A DNA stretch of 38,175 nt from Octopus sinensis (taxonomy: Eukaryota). Positions 23,801 to 33,739 of this stretch are shown here, one piece after another (the stretch's first letter is position 1; each line of letters starts with the position of its first letter). The notes under the pieces were generated by a model. That model was not told the DNA's origin, searched no databases, and saw only the letters and a list, made by a program, of their open reading frames with translations. The stretch spans positions 1-38,175 of the forward strand of contig NW_021835686.1 in NCBI RefSeq assembly GCF_006345805.1, written 5' to 3'. The position numbers were made by a program, and so were the translations under genes.

Positions 23801-25269
23801 AACAACAAGTCCATCGAGGACTCCCAGTGGGTTACACTCCTCAAAGGTCTCTTCGACACACAGACCATGATTTGGGAGACTGTCCTCACTTCCATTACTC
23901 ATTCGGAGTGGGTCGACACTTTTGTGCAATATTTTGACGGATTATCCCGCATATTCTCCCTCAGAATGCCTCTTCTCATCAAAGAGGGTATTTTCCGTGC
24001 TCATTTCAGGTGTGTTTGACGGATTCTGGGACAAGTATCTCGACTTGGTGGTCAGGGGTTCACTTCACTCCTCTGAGACCTTGGCGTTGGCCGTTATTTT
24101 TTCTTTCTGTCATACTTTGGAGAGATTCCCGAGCTCGGAGGAAATGGAGAGATCTCTGACCCTCAGTTGGAACAATTGGATATCCCTTGGCACGTACTTT
24201 GGCCGACTCCGATACACGGATCTAAAGGACAGTCCCAGTCTTCCCTACAGTCAGGCACACTTGGCCACGTTTGCCCAAGCATTCGGCCTGATGCTACAAG
24301 TCACTCCTTTTTTAGAGTTGCCTTCTAATTTGCTTACGTGGCAGTTTGGATGACGGGAGAATCGGGTCATTTGTGAGGGTCAACTACGAGTTCCTGAGTG
24401 TCCCCGTCCTCGGCGAGTTTGCTTCCGTCGTTCAGTCAAAGTCCGTCAACTCACTTACTCAGCTGCAGAACGCTGTCGTCGAAAATTTAATGTTTTTGTG
24501 TCAGGTTGTGCCAGTTCAGTTAATAGCAGAGGTTTGAGGTCCATTCCTCTTCTTTCCACGTGGAATTTGTTACACAATTACTCCAATTTATCACTCTGGG
24601 TCTCAATAACCCGGTTTTTGAGGACACTCCACTCAAACTGGTGTCGGAGGGGGATTATGGCACGGTTAGACGACAGTGACTAATTCCAGGCGGATTTGGT
24701 GCATTTTGGACACGTTTGTTTATCCGTTAAAGTGGTCTCCATTCTCTCCGGACACTGCTCGGTTCTCCGTGGTGGGAAATTTGGATAGACTGCTTCAAAA
24801 AGATAATCGAGGTTGATGTGATTGGTGAGTGGTAGACATTGGGGTACGTTGGATCGTGCAAATACGCCTGTTCCCCGAACTTGTGGAGTGCGGCGTTTCT
24901 GGCCTTGATTGAGGTGTTGGAATGGAATATGAGTGGTAGTCCTCGTTCTTTCATCTTTGAGAGGAATATTTCTGTGAAATCGACATTGGGGACGTTTTTT
25001 CGAGGATTATCTTCAATTCGCGGTTGATTAGGTTGTTTTATTGCAGTGTCCCTTCTTCAATTTACCCAACCGAAGACCTCAGGATTGACGAGGATGTCGA
25101 CTGCAGATTTGTTGCCTTCCTTCGAGTTCTTCTGAGCGAGAATTCCCACGTGTTGGACGACTCGCTGATCTCTGTGATATTAGGTTGGCTGAAGAAGGGG
25201 TCCCTCCATCAGTCGGAAATTGACTGTATTGTCATATTAGTATCCCAGTGTGGACCATGCGAGACCTAG
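20827..25269 (+). pseudogene. MON2: MON2 homolog, near full length, 3'-truncated by a retroelement
   Basis: ATG at 20827 (MTDLIDILTRDLNSLKNQAKRK); NNGIEELRVLQT, QDLC, RYSLRRSAVNSLYSAI, GWLKKGSLH follow MON2 order as recalled. Many ~22-26 nt introns. The C-terminal part after KGSLH is missing. Confidence 0.85.
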
Positions 25270-25289
25270 CGAGTTACTCCGCTCAAATT

Positions 25290-26130
25290 TGATATATTTT
25301 TCCACGTCTTTCTTGGTGGTCGCACACTTCTTCGCAATGGCTATCGAAAGGGAACAATGGTCTACGAAGCGAGGCATTGTACTGTCTTTTGCAAGATAGG
25401 AATTTGTTCTTTGCATACACGGGATCACTATGCGTCCACTGCAAAAAAAGCAGGCAGACTGTTGACCATCTAGCCACGCGGTGTGGTAGGATGCTAAACA
25501 GTGATTATTTCCGAAGACACAACGAAGTGGTAAAGTGTATTTATCACCACTTGTGTCGAATGTATAAAATTAAACGAAGTAGGAAATTGAAGGGACATTC
25601 GGTTGTGTCAATAATGTCGACCCAAAATGTCGAAATCAGAGTTGACAATTCAACTGACAATTGCAGAGTCATTATGACTGAAACGAAATTTCAATTCAAT
25701 AAACCTGATATTTTCGTTTATGACAAGAGGAAAAGAGAAATTCATTTAATCGAAGTGGGAGTTACCTCGCAAGACCGTTTAAAGCAAGTTGAAGTGGAGA
25801 AATTTCACAAATACGACCTGCTTGCAAACGAACTGTCGGTTCTCTATGAAGCAAAAGTGAAGATTATTTCAATTGTCTTAACATGGAATGGAGTTGTCTC
25901 AAGGTTCTTTAAAAGTCATATGGACAAGTTATCCATTGAAGAAGGAACGAGGACATACATCCAGTCGGTTGTGCCGAAGAGGACTCTAGAGAGTATGCTT
26001 ATTGAACACAGACATGGGATAAAGGTGGACAACGAGGAGTACGCCTCTGCCGCCAATCAACTTGCGGAGCTGGCATGTCGTGAGGACACTCAGCTAAACA
26101 ATTACTTTGACGCAGAAATGAAAAAATGAT
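25290..26130 (+). mobile_element. R4/Dong-like non-LTR retrotransposon 3' part (CCHC knuckle plus RLE)
   Basis: 250-aa ORF 25377-26129: CVHC..TVDHLATRC...RRHNEVVKC, NKPDIFVYDK, HLIEVGVT, EKFHKYDLLANEL. Confidence 0.92.
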
Positions 26131-26285
26131 AAGAATTTTGTTGCAAACTCTTCTTCCAAGCAAAGAAGAGAAACCACTGACGATCTGGATTCTTAAATAA
26201 TTTAAGATAGAATTTACATAATTATTATTAACTTTCATTGTTAAAATTTGCTAATATAAATAATAATAATTTGATCGTATTTTCA

Positions 26286-27880
26286 ATGTCCAAAGTCGAC
26301 TGCATCACTGAAAATATTAATTTAGATCTAAATGAGGAAGAAGGTCACAATATTCGCCAAAGAGTTGAGAAAGACGATTCCCCCACAGGGTTATCAGTCG
26401 AGGAGATTTTGACTCAGTCAAATACTCCATTCTGGAGAAGGGTAGTGCTTTTAAGATTATTTGTAGCTAAGATATGGTCTGCTGGCCTTGTTTGCATTGG
26501 TATTTGTCGCATTGATTATATCCGTGGTTGTTTTGGTGACTACTAACCCTATCTGTACTGTTCCCTGGGATCAAAAATGGTACCAAAACTCCGTCATTTA
26601 CCGAATTAATGTCAAATCTTTTTTTGACTCTGATAATGACGGAATTGGAGACTTAAAAGGTCAAACATTCAATTGACATTTCTAGGAATTATTCAAAAAT
26701 TAGATTATCTTAAATCTCTTCATGTTGGTGCAATTTGGATCGAAGTTTTCAAAACAACCGATGTTTTTGAAAAAAATTTGGTCCCTACGTTGGAGCCGTA
26801 TAAAGACCTGGCTATTTTAAGCAAAGCATTACGCCAATATGGTTTGAATTCACTATTCTAAATTGACAGACATTAATCTCCTAATTGACTTCAAAACAGA
26901 AAATATGAGCAATGCTGAAATGAAATCTGCATTGTTGAAAGTGGTGTATTACATCGACGGAATTGTTTTAGACGACCTTGATCCGAATTTATTTTCTTCC
27001 GTTTACCAAAACTTGAAAAAAGTCCTTCCATCGGACAAGTAGTGATACATTAATAATTTTCAGGATAATTGCAATGCAGTTAAAAACTAACATGCAAGAG
27101 CACAAAGAGCTTGATTTAATTATTAGTAAATTCGAATGCACAACCGTATCCCAATGCTCTCAAAACATCAAACAAGACGGGACTCGCTTTAGCACTAAAC
27201 CTTACCGAGCTTATACAGTCTAACCAATTATTTAAATCTGTTTAGATCAGTGATGAAACCAATTCACCCTCACGCAAAAACTTAAGTTTACCAATGTTCT
27301 TCCAAGGGTGGTCAATCGTCATAAATTATGGAGACGAACTCCTCTCGGTACCAAGTAAGGGATGTTTTTATTTAATAAAAGCTACTGTTATTCTCATGGA
27401 TAGTCAGCCAATCATGAATTGGAATGATGGAGCCGTAAGTAAAGGATTTAGCTCATCTCAAATAACTAATTTTGGATTTTCACGTAATTTCTTCATGCAC
27501 GGCCTAAAAGTTGGAATTTGATAAAAATGTAAAGATTCAAACTGCTGCTGAAACTGAAATTAAAGGATTCTCAACCATTTCCTTTTATCTGGACATTTAT
27601 AACCAAGATACATTCAAATGGGGAAGCTATAATGTGAATTCTGAAAACGATGTGATTATATACACTGTGAAACGGGACGGATTTCAGTCATACTTTATTG
27701 CAGTTTCTTTAAACAATCAATCAATATCAATGTTCTAACGTTGTTTTAACTGTAAAGGATGTCGCGAAGATAACTCATGTTTCACATGGAATGATTATGA
27801 ACATTGACGGGACAAAAAATTCTGTGGAACTCAAAAATCTATTCATCGAAGCCGGGGATATATTATTAATAACTTACTAA
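26286..27880 (+). CDS. SLC3-family heteromeric amino acid transporter heavy chain (rBAT/4F2hc-like)
   Basis: GLSVEEILTQSNTPFWRR|LRY, one TM helix, KWYQNSVIYRINVKSFFDSDNDGIGDLKG|IIQKLDYL, NYGDE. Introns 26442-26466 (25 nt) and 26660-26685 (26 nt). Stop at 27878-27880. Two apparent 1-bp frame slips in the 3' half. Confidence 0.85.
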
Positions 27881-28128
27881 CTAGCTTTCCGAGGATTAAT
27901 AACAAAATTAAAAAAATACTAATTCGTAATAACAAGAGAAACCATAAATTACCTTAGATTTCTTTATTGTTCTTTTCATTGGCTTGAGGTTATCGTTTAG
28001 AACTTTTGAAGAGCGCATATTAGTGACTTTCTAGAAGTCGATAATCCCACAAAAAACACAATTTGCTGTCCATAATTAAAGAATTAAGATTTAAATAGCA
28101 CCAAAATAATTTAAACAAGTATGATTAG

Positions 28129-28965
28129 TTAAAGTAACTCAGTAAGAGGGGCCTCTTCGGTAAGGTACAAATCTTCTTCTTTTGCAAAGTCAGAAACAAG
28201 GATAGTTTGTAAAAAGATCGAAAAGCGTTCTGAGGTAATAGAAAATGAATTTACTTGAAAGTTCCTTATATTTTGAATTTTTTGAAATTCCTTTGACAGT
28301 AATAAAGTAAACTGGGGTTCCAGCCAGAATGATGAGGAAGGCTCATCCACACCACTTTGGTTTGGAATAGAGTGTGATTGAAAGGAGATAGATTGAGACC
28401 ATTATAAAGAAAATTGAAAAAAATATATTGACCTGTTACTTTAAATGCTGGCTTGTATTCCTTGCCGTACTTTTTCATGTAAAAAATAGTGGAAATTGTC
28501 AACGCCTGGAACAGAGTTTCAGCAAAAGTGGTAAAATTAACGATCGAATCAATATCATTAGCTGAGACAATGATGAAGGAAGTCAGGGCCTACAGTGATC
28601 ATGTTGAGATACCGTAAAAATCAGGGGGACTGCTGGTGTCTTCAGATTTATTGTGACCAGGGAGAACAACCGAAGAAGATTTCCGTCCCTTCCTGCAGCA
28701 AAAAAAGCTCTGAAAAAAAATAAAATAAAATTACCTCCACAAAGACATAATCCTCCATTCATACTCCCAAAGGTCGAGAGGGTGACAATGGGAAGGATTG
28801 TATACATTACTGTTGATATTTCTTTTCCAAAAGACTAAAATATTGAAAAATGAAGAGAGAACTAATCCAATTGTGCTGGTCGCCAAAAGTTCTTGTTTGG
28901 GGATGACAACAAAGTAGGCCAGGTTGACAAACATATATATTGCTATGATGGAGACCACCGAGAAG
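28129..28965 (-). pseudogene. SLC7 (LAT/b0,+AT-type) light chain, C-terminal half
   Basis: IYMFVNLAYFVVIPKQELL, LSTFGSMNG, FFAAGRDGNL, KTPAVPLIF, IILAGTPVYF. In-frame TGA at 28343-28345; terminal stop at 28129. 5' half replaced by SMC4 sequence. Confidence 0.88.
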
Positions 28966-29465
28966 TCTTTCCAACACGTGTTCAGTTCTTTTCTTATCGG
29001 TCCCCAGTCCATCAAACTATCCGAAATATTCTGTCTTTGAACTTCCAGATCTTCTTCACCAACTAAGAATTGTCATTTTATATCATACAGTCTCCAGTTT
29101 CTGCTCGGAAATCAACAATGTACTTGAATTGGCTCCTTTTTGGTAGTCAACCGACGATAATCCCATTTTGTTACTCAACCTTCTACTTCCACCACCACTC
29201 AATGTTCCTATATCGATTAAGAGACACAATCTACCAGATGTTTCTATTAGTTGTCCATCCAGGGTCACTACTCGGTAACGAACACTTCCGAATGCCACGG
29301 AAGATGCCTTGTCGATGTTATCTGTCACCAACGTGTTTCCAATTGCAAAGAAAAAGGCAACGGAGAACCGTTCTTCTGTTGGTGTAATCAGGTCAAACAG
29401 CCTCTGCGACCCTTCCGGCCTAAATACAATGATTGGCCACAAAACTACACTTTCACTCTCTTTGA
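28966..29465 (-). pseudogene. SMC4: Condensin SMC4 hinge fragment
   Basis: PEGSQRLFDLI...AFFFAIGNTLVTDNIDKASSVAF..RYRVVTLDGQLIETSG|TLSGGG. Introns 29208-29234 (27 nt) and 29063-29088 (26 nt). Confidence 0.88.
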
Positions 29466-29469
29466 ACTA

Positions 29470-30110
29470 CAAACAGTGTAACCACTGTAAGAGTAAGGCA
29501 ATGACCGTTGACCATTTAGCCACGAAGTGCGGAAGTATGCTTTACCATGATTACACATGGAGGCATAACGAGGTGGTGAGGTCCCTCCATCTTTTGCTCT
29601 GCAATAAGTATGGCTTGAGGCGGTCCAGAAAGTTGCGAACCCATCGAGTTCAATCGGTGTGAGAACTCGCGGGTGTGCATTAAAGTGGATGTCCCCATAC
29701 GCACCTCGATTGTTGTCCAGCACAACAGACCCGATATTGTGATCAATGATAAAGTCACCGGGGAGATTGTTATCGTGGAGGTGTGCATCACGTGTGTGAT
29801 GACATGGGATGGACTGGTCACCAAATACCACAAGCGGTACTTAAGACAGTTGGGTGTAGATAAGTCTCTACAGGCTTATATGGAGTCAACTGTTCTTAAG
29901 AGGACTCTGGAGAGTGTCTCGTTTGATGCTCGCCTATTCAGGCCTTTCCTGACATTTAGTCAGCAAGTGGCGCTGAACTGCACTTTCTTGGAGGTCTACG
30001 GTACCGGAGAAGAGAAGGAAGAAGGGAAGGAGGTGCTTGGAGTGCCATCCTCTGCTCACTTCGATGGCTCTGGACTTATTTAGAAGAAATACTTAGTTAA
30101 TTAGTTTCTT
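29470..30110 (+). mobile_element. R4/Dong-like RLE element 3' end
   Basis: QCNHC..TVDHLATKCG..YTWRHNEVVRSLH, HNRPDIVI, VMTWDG, VLKRTLESVSFD. Internal deletion between EVCIT and CVMTW. Confidence 0.92.
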
Positions 30111-30542
30111 TTTTTTATCAATAAAGGTGGTCTCAGCGAGTAAGAGAAACAATAATTATTTCGCAAAAATTCAGAAATTTTTGAAATTTAAACTCAATTA
30201 CTAGAGATTTAATAAGTGCGAGTCCTTAATTAGTTTTTTTTAATCAAATTATGACGTTCTCTAGTGAATTGAGAATAGTGATGATTTGTAGATGGGATGT
30301 TAAAAAACATGATCTCGGTTGTAGCAGGAAAATTTTAATATGAAACAGAAAATATGATTACTTTCAAAAAAATCTTTATATTGCCCGACCAAGCCTCATT
30401 TAAGTTATATTTCAAAGTTTAAAAATCTATTAAATATTCTAACAATGTCACTTTTGTCACCTTGTTTATAGATAAATGTCAATGTACCACTTTTGGTCAT
30501 AAAATAACGTAAAATAGCCCCAAATATTGTTAGTTGTTAAAT

Positions 30543-30876
30543 TTATATTAAGAAGAAACTAATTAACTAAGTAATTTTAACTAACTTCCAGAGCCTTCGA
30601 AGTGAGCAGAAGGCGGCACTCCACCACACTCTCCCCTTCTTCTCCTCTTCTCTGGCACTGTAGACCTTCGAGAAGGTGCAGTCCAGCCCTCTTGCTGACT
30701 AAACGTCAGGAAAGGGCTGGATCGGCGAGCACAAACGAGACACTCTCCAGAGTCCTCTTAAGAACAGTTTACTGTATATAAGCCTGTAAGACTTATCTAC
30801 ATCCAACTGTCTTAAGTACCGTTGTGGTATTTGGTGACCAGTCCATCCCATGTCATCACACACGGGATGACATGGA
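30543..30876 (-). mobile_element. 5'-truncated copy of the same element with a 14-bp target-site duplication
   Basis: Reverse complement of ~29791-30110. Flanked by identical gttagttgttaaat at 30529-30542 and 30877-30890. Confidence 0.93.
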
Positions 30877-31296
30877 GTTAGTTGTTAAATATTAAATTGG
30901 TCATTTAACTGGCATATTATTGCTGTTCTGCGCTTAATCCATGTTGGGCTTGCTTTTGCGTATTAAGAAGCATAAAAATCACGAATTAGTCGAATGTCCT
31001 GTGTTGAGTTCCACGTCTTTCAAGTGTTTATACACCGGACAGACGTATCTAAGCACATTTACATGAATATAAAAACCTATGATGGTATTTTTTTAGAATT
31101 TGATTATAAAAATTATGAAGTCTAATTGGAATAAGAAGAACTGATGGCGATCCTGTTTCCCCTCACTATTGCTTGGGACACGTTCTGGAGGAGCCATCTC
31201 GTCTCCAGTTTGGGTATTTCATTTATTAAGTGTATGAAATATCTAATTAGGGTAGGGTCCCTTCAAGCCTGGGGTCCTTCCGTGCCTGTGACAATA

Positions 31297-31590
31297 AATT
31301 AAGAAAATGTATTAATTAAGAAAAAGTATTAACAAATATAAAAACATTTTAAAAGAATTAAAAAAATTTAATTCTCTACCGTCTCCTCAGGGACCTACCC
31401 ACGTGTTTAAAATCCCCGTTTTTATATCTTATAATTAATAAATTTTCTTAATTTATTAATACTTTTTCTTAATTAATTAATACATTTTCTTAATTTATTA
31501 ATACATTTTCTTATACATTTTATTAATTAAGTAATACATTTTCTAAATTTATTAATACATTTTCTTAATTAGGTAATACATTTTTTATAT
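31297..31590. repeat. AT-rich ~21-bp minisatellite with an inverted partner block
   Basis: Repeats of taatacattttcttaatttat at 31440-31590. The reverse-complement version aattaagaaaatgtattaattaagaaaaagtattaa lies at ~31297-31332. Confidence 0.75.
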
Positions 31591-31859
31591 TACCTAATAA
31601 CCCTGTATAACAATTAAAAATCCTGATTTTAAAATGATACCTCGAAATATAATAAAAATTATTATTTTTAATCGATAATCGTAACAAAAACGGTGTTGGC
31701 TGTATAATGGAACAGTACCGATATGGTTACCGTTATTTTATAAAATTACTAAAAAAATGTAATAAATATTCAAAAAATGTAAAAATATGTAGTGTGAATA
31801 TTAAATGCACGGATCGCAGATAGCAAGTTTTCAAACTGTCTATCTCATCCAGCATATTT

Positions 31860-32070
31860 CCTTCACATGAACTGGATAAAATACCGAGCATGAGTCTAGC
31901 TGTCCCACGTTGGGCTTTATTTTACACTCCCCAGAGCCGTTCAATTGTTGGGTGTAGACAGCAGTCAGAGGATTATCATGTCCAAACGCATATCATGTTT
32001 TTTAGGACAATAGGGAACTTTAGGTAGTATACCTGACCGAAATAATTCCCAAATTGTCAGTATTTATGTC
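31860..32070 (-). mobile_element. Probable Merlin/IS1595 (ISXO2-type) transposase relic
   Basis: With one base restored it reads DNPLTAVYTQTIERLWG, matching the recalled Merlin motif DPxTGxHTQxIExxW. Upstream LFRSGILPKVPYCP resembles the N-terminus. No TIRs found. Confidence 0.45.
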
Positions 32071-32633
32071 CGAACATAAGAAAATAAAAATAAATTTAAA
32101 AAGCCAACTAAAACAGGTTAATCAATGTAAGCGTATCCCCGAGTAAGTCTGAGGGAGGTGGGGACCTTTAATATTTCGATCCATGAATAGAAAACTTTCT
32201 GGCAGCGTTGGGATTGTCTCCCTTGAGAGGAGGCACAAAAACCAAGACAAGAGCACAAAGACGACTACCACAACCGCAATAATCTACATATTGTTCTACA
32301 ATCACATCAAAAAATACTTTTATTTTGTTTTTAATGTACATAATTAATTGATTATTGAGTTGATGCTACCTTACTCGTCTTTGGGAGAACCTCGCATGGC
32401 AGAAAATATTATAATTTTTAAAAAATGTAAAGAATGAACTAAAATGTAACTTTTTTCTTACTTTGTATCTCTTTCAAAAACAATACCACTGGTGCCATTG
32501 GTAACATGCTCTTCTTTCTGAGATGAGGGCATGGATGCACAAAACTCAGGACTATGATTTCTGTTCTCATCTGGTTTTGTTGGAGGTAGATAATTAAGTA
32601 AAAAATAATCAACAAAAAATAATCAAAAAAATA

Positions 32634-32933
32634 TTAGTTACGTTGATAAATTACAATGTCTTTATATTGTGTTCTAAAATAAATGTACTTGTTAGGCGCA
32701 TGTCTTATCGAAAAGTTTTCTAAATTAATAAAACTGTTCCAAGATCCTCCGTATTCATTTTTCATTTTTTGAGTAATTTGATAAGGAATTTGATTACCGG
32801 CATATTTATCGATACTCTCATCGGTAAATCTAATTGCTTTGTCTTCCATAGTTTTATCCATTTCAGAACAATATATTTTAGGAGGTTCATAATAAAAAGG
32901 AAGTTTTATATCATAATATTCACCAATCACCAT
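32634..32933 (-). CDS. Divergent LC8-type dynein light chain, intronless
   Basis: IYCSEMDKTMEDKAIRF..SIDKY..QIPYQITQKMKNEYGGSWNSFI..RHAPNKYIYF..IVIYQ follows the DLC fold pattern. ATG at 32933. Confidence 0.8.
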   Translation of the reverse strand: MVIGEYYDIKLPFYYEPPKIYCSEMDKTMEDKAIRFTDESIDKYAGNQIPYQITQKMKNEYGGSWNSFINLENFSIRHAPNKYIYFRTQYKDIVIYQRN

Positions 32934-33280
32934 TTTGGTTTTATCTTTTATTTCCACTTTAAAATTTATAATAGTAAATTCAAATTAAATTTTATTGAAT
33001 AATATTTTATTAAATAATTATTTTTTTTTCATTTTAAAAATGCCATTTTGGAATTTTTTTGTAGTTAGCCAATAAGGAGACAAAAGTACAAAATGATAGC
33101 ATCGTAGAACCTTCCAATCAAAAATTTTAATATAGAAAGAATATCCTCGATGATGAGGTTCCTTATAACCTTTTCGCAAAAAATAAAAAAATATATTTTC
33201 TGGGTTTTGGTTAAAACAAACCACAATTGGCTAATTTTTTGTTAATTATTATATATTGTTAGAAATCAATACAGAAAACG

Positions 33281-33613
33281 TTAATTGTGAAAAATAACTT
33301 CATAAGGACCAAAAACGAATTCGATATGAGAATTATAACTATAATGATGAGCGAACATTTCTTCAGTTAACCCAATAACTACACTCCACTTACCCCCATA
33401 TTTTTCAACCATTTCTTTATTACACATTTTTGCTGCCTCCAAAACGGTGTTAAACATTTTTAGGTTTAATTTAAGGCATTCGAATATAAACTTGCATTGT
33501 TCTGGTGATAAATTTGTTTTGCTTATTTTCATTTGATATATTTTATTTTTAAATACAACTTCATAAATGTGATCTACTCCCTTTATCCCAGCGTGTTCAA
33601 GTACACCACCCAT
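33281..33613 (-). CDS. Second divergent LC8-type dynein light chain, intronless
   Basis: ISKTNLSPEQCKFIFEC..AAKMCNKEMVEKYGGKWSVVIG..HIEFVFGPYEVIFH. ATG at 33613. Confidence 0.75.
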   Translation of the reverse strand: MGGVLEHAGIKGVDHIYEVVFKNKIYQMKISKTNLSPEQCKFIFECLKLNLKMFNTVLEAAKMCNKEMVEKYGGKWSVVIGLTEEMFAHHYSYNSHIEFVFGPYEVIFHN

Positions 33614-33739
33614 TTATTTATTTTTTTAAATGAATTGTTTTTTTTATTTGAAATACAAAAATAATAACTATTGTCAATAATAAATTAATAGTTAATCAGA
33701 AATTAAGCAGATCTCACTCCAGCTCGCTGATATCCACTC

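Noticed and set aside
7697-29465. Functional clustering of SMC-complex genes (NIPBL and SMC4) or dynein genes (DNAH10 and the light chains)
   Set aside because: The members are 20 kb or more apart, mostly fragments, and separated by unrelated sequence; chance is sufficient.
29791-30890. Inverted repeat as a whole-genome-amplification chimera
   Set aside because: The arms differ at many positions and the right copy has its own exact 14-bp TSD, as expected for an independent insertion.
31247-31257. Interstitial telomeric repeat (ttagggtaggg)
   Set aside because: Fewer than two perfect units; compatible with chance.
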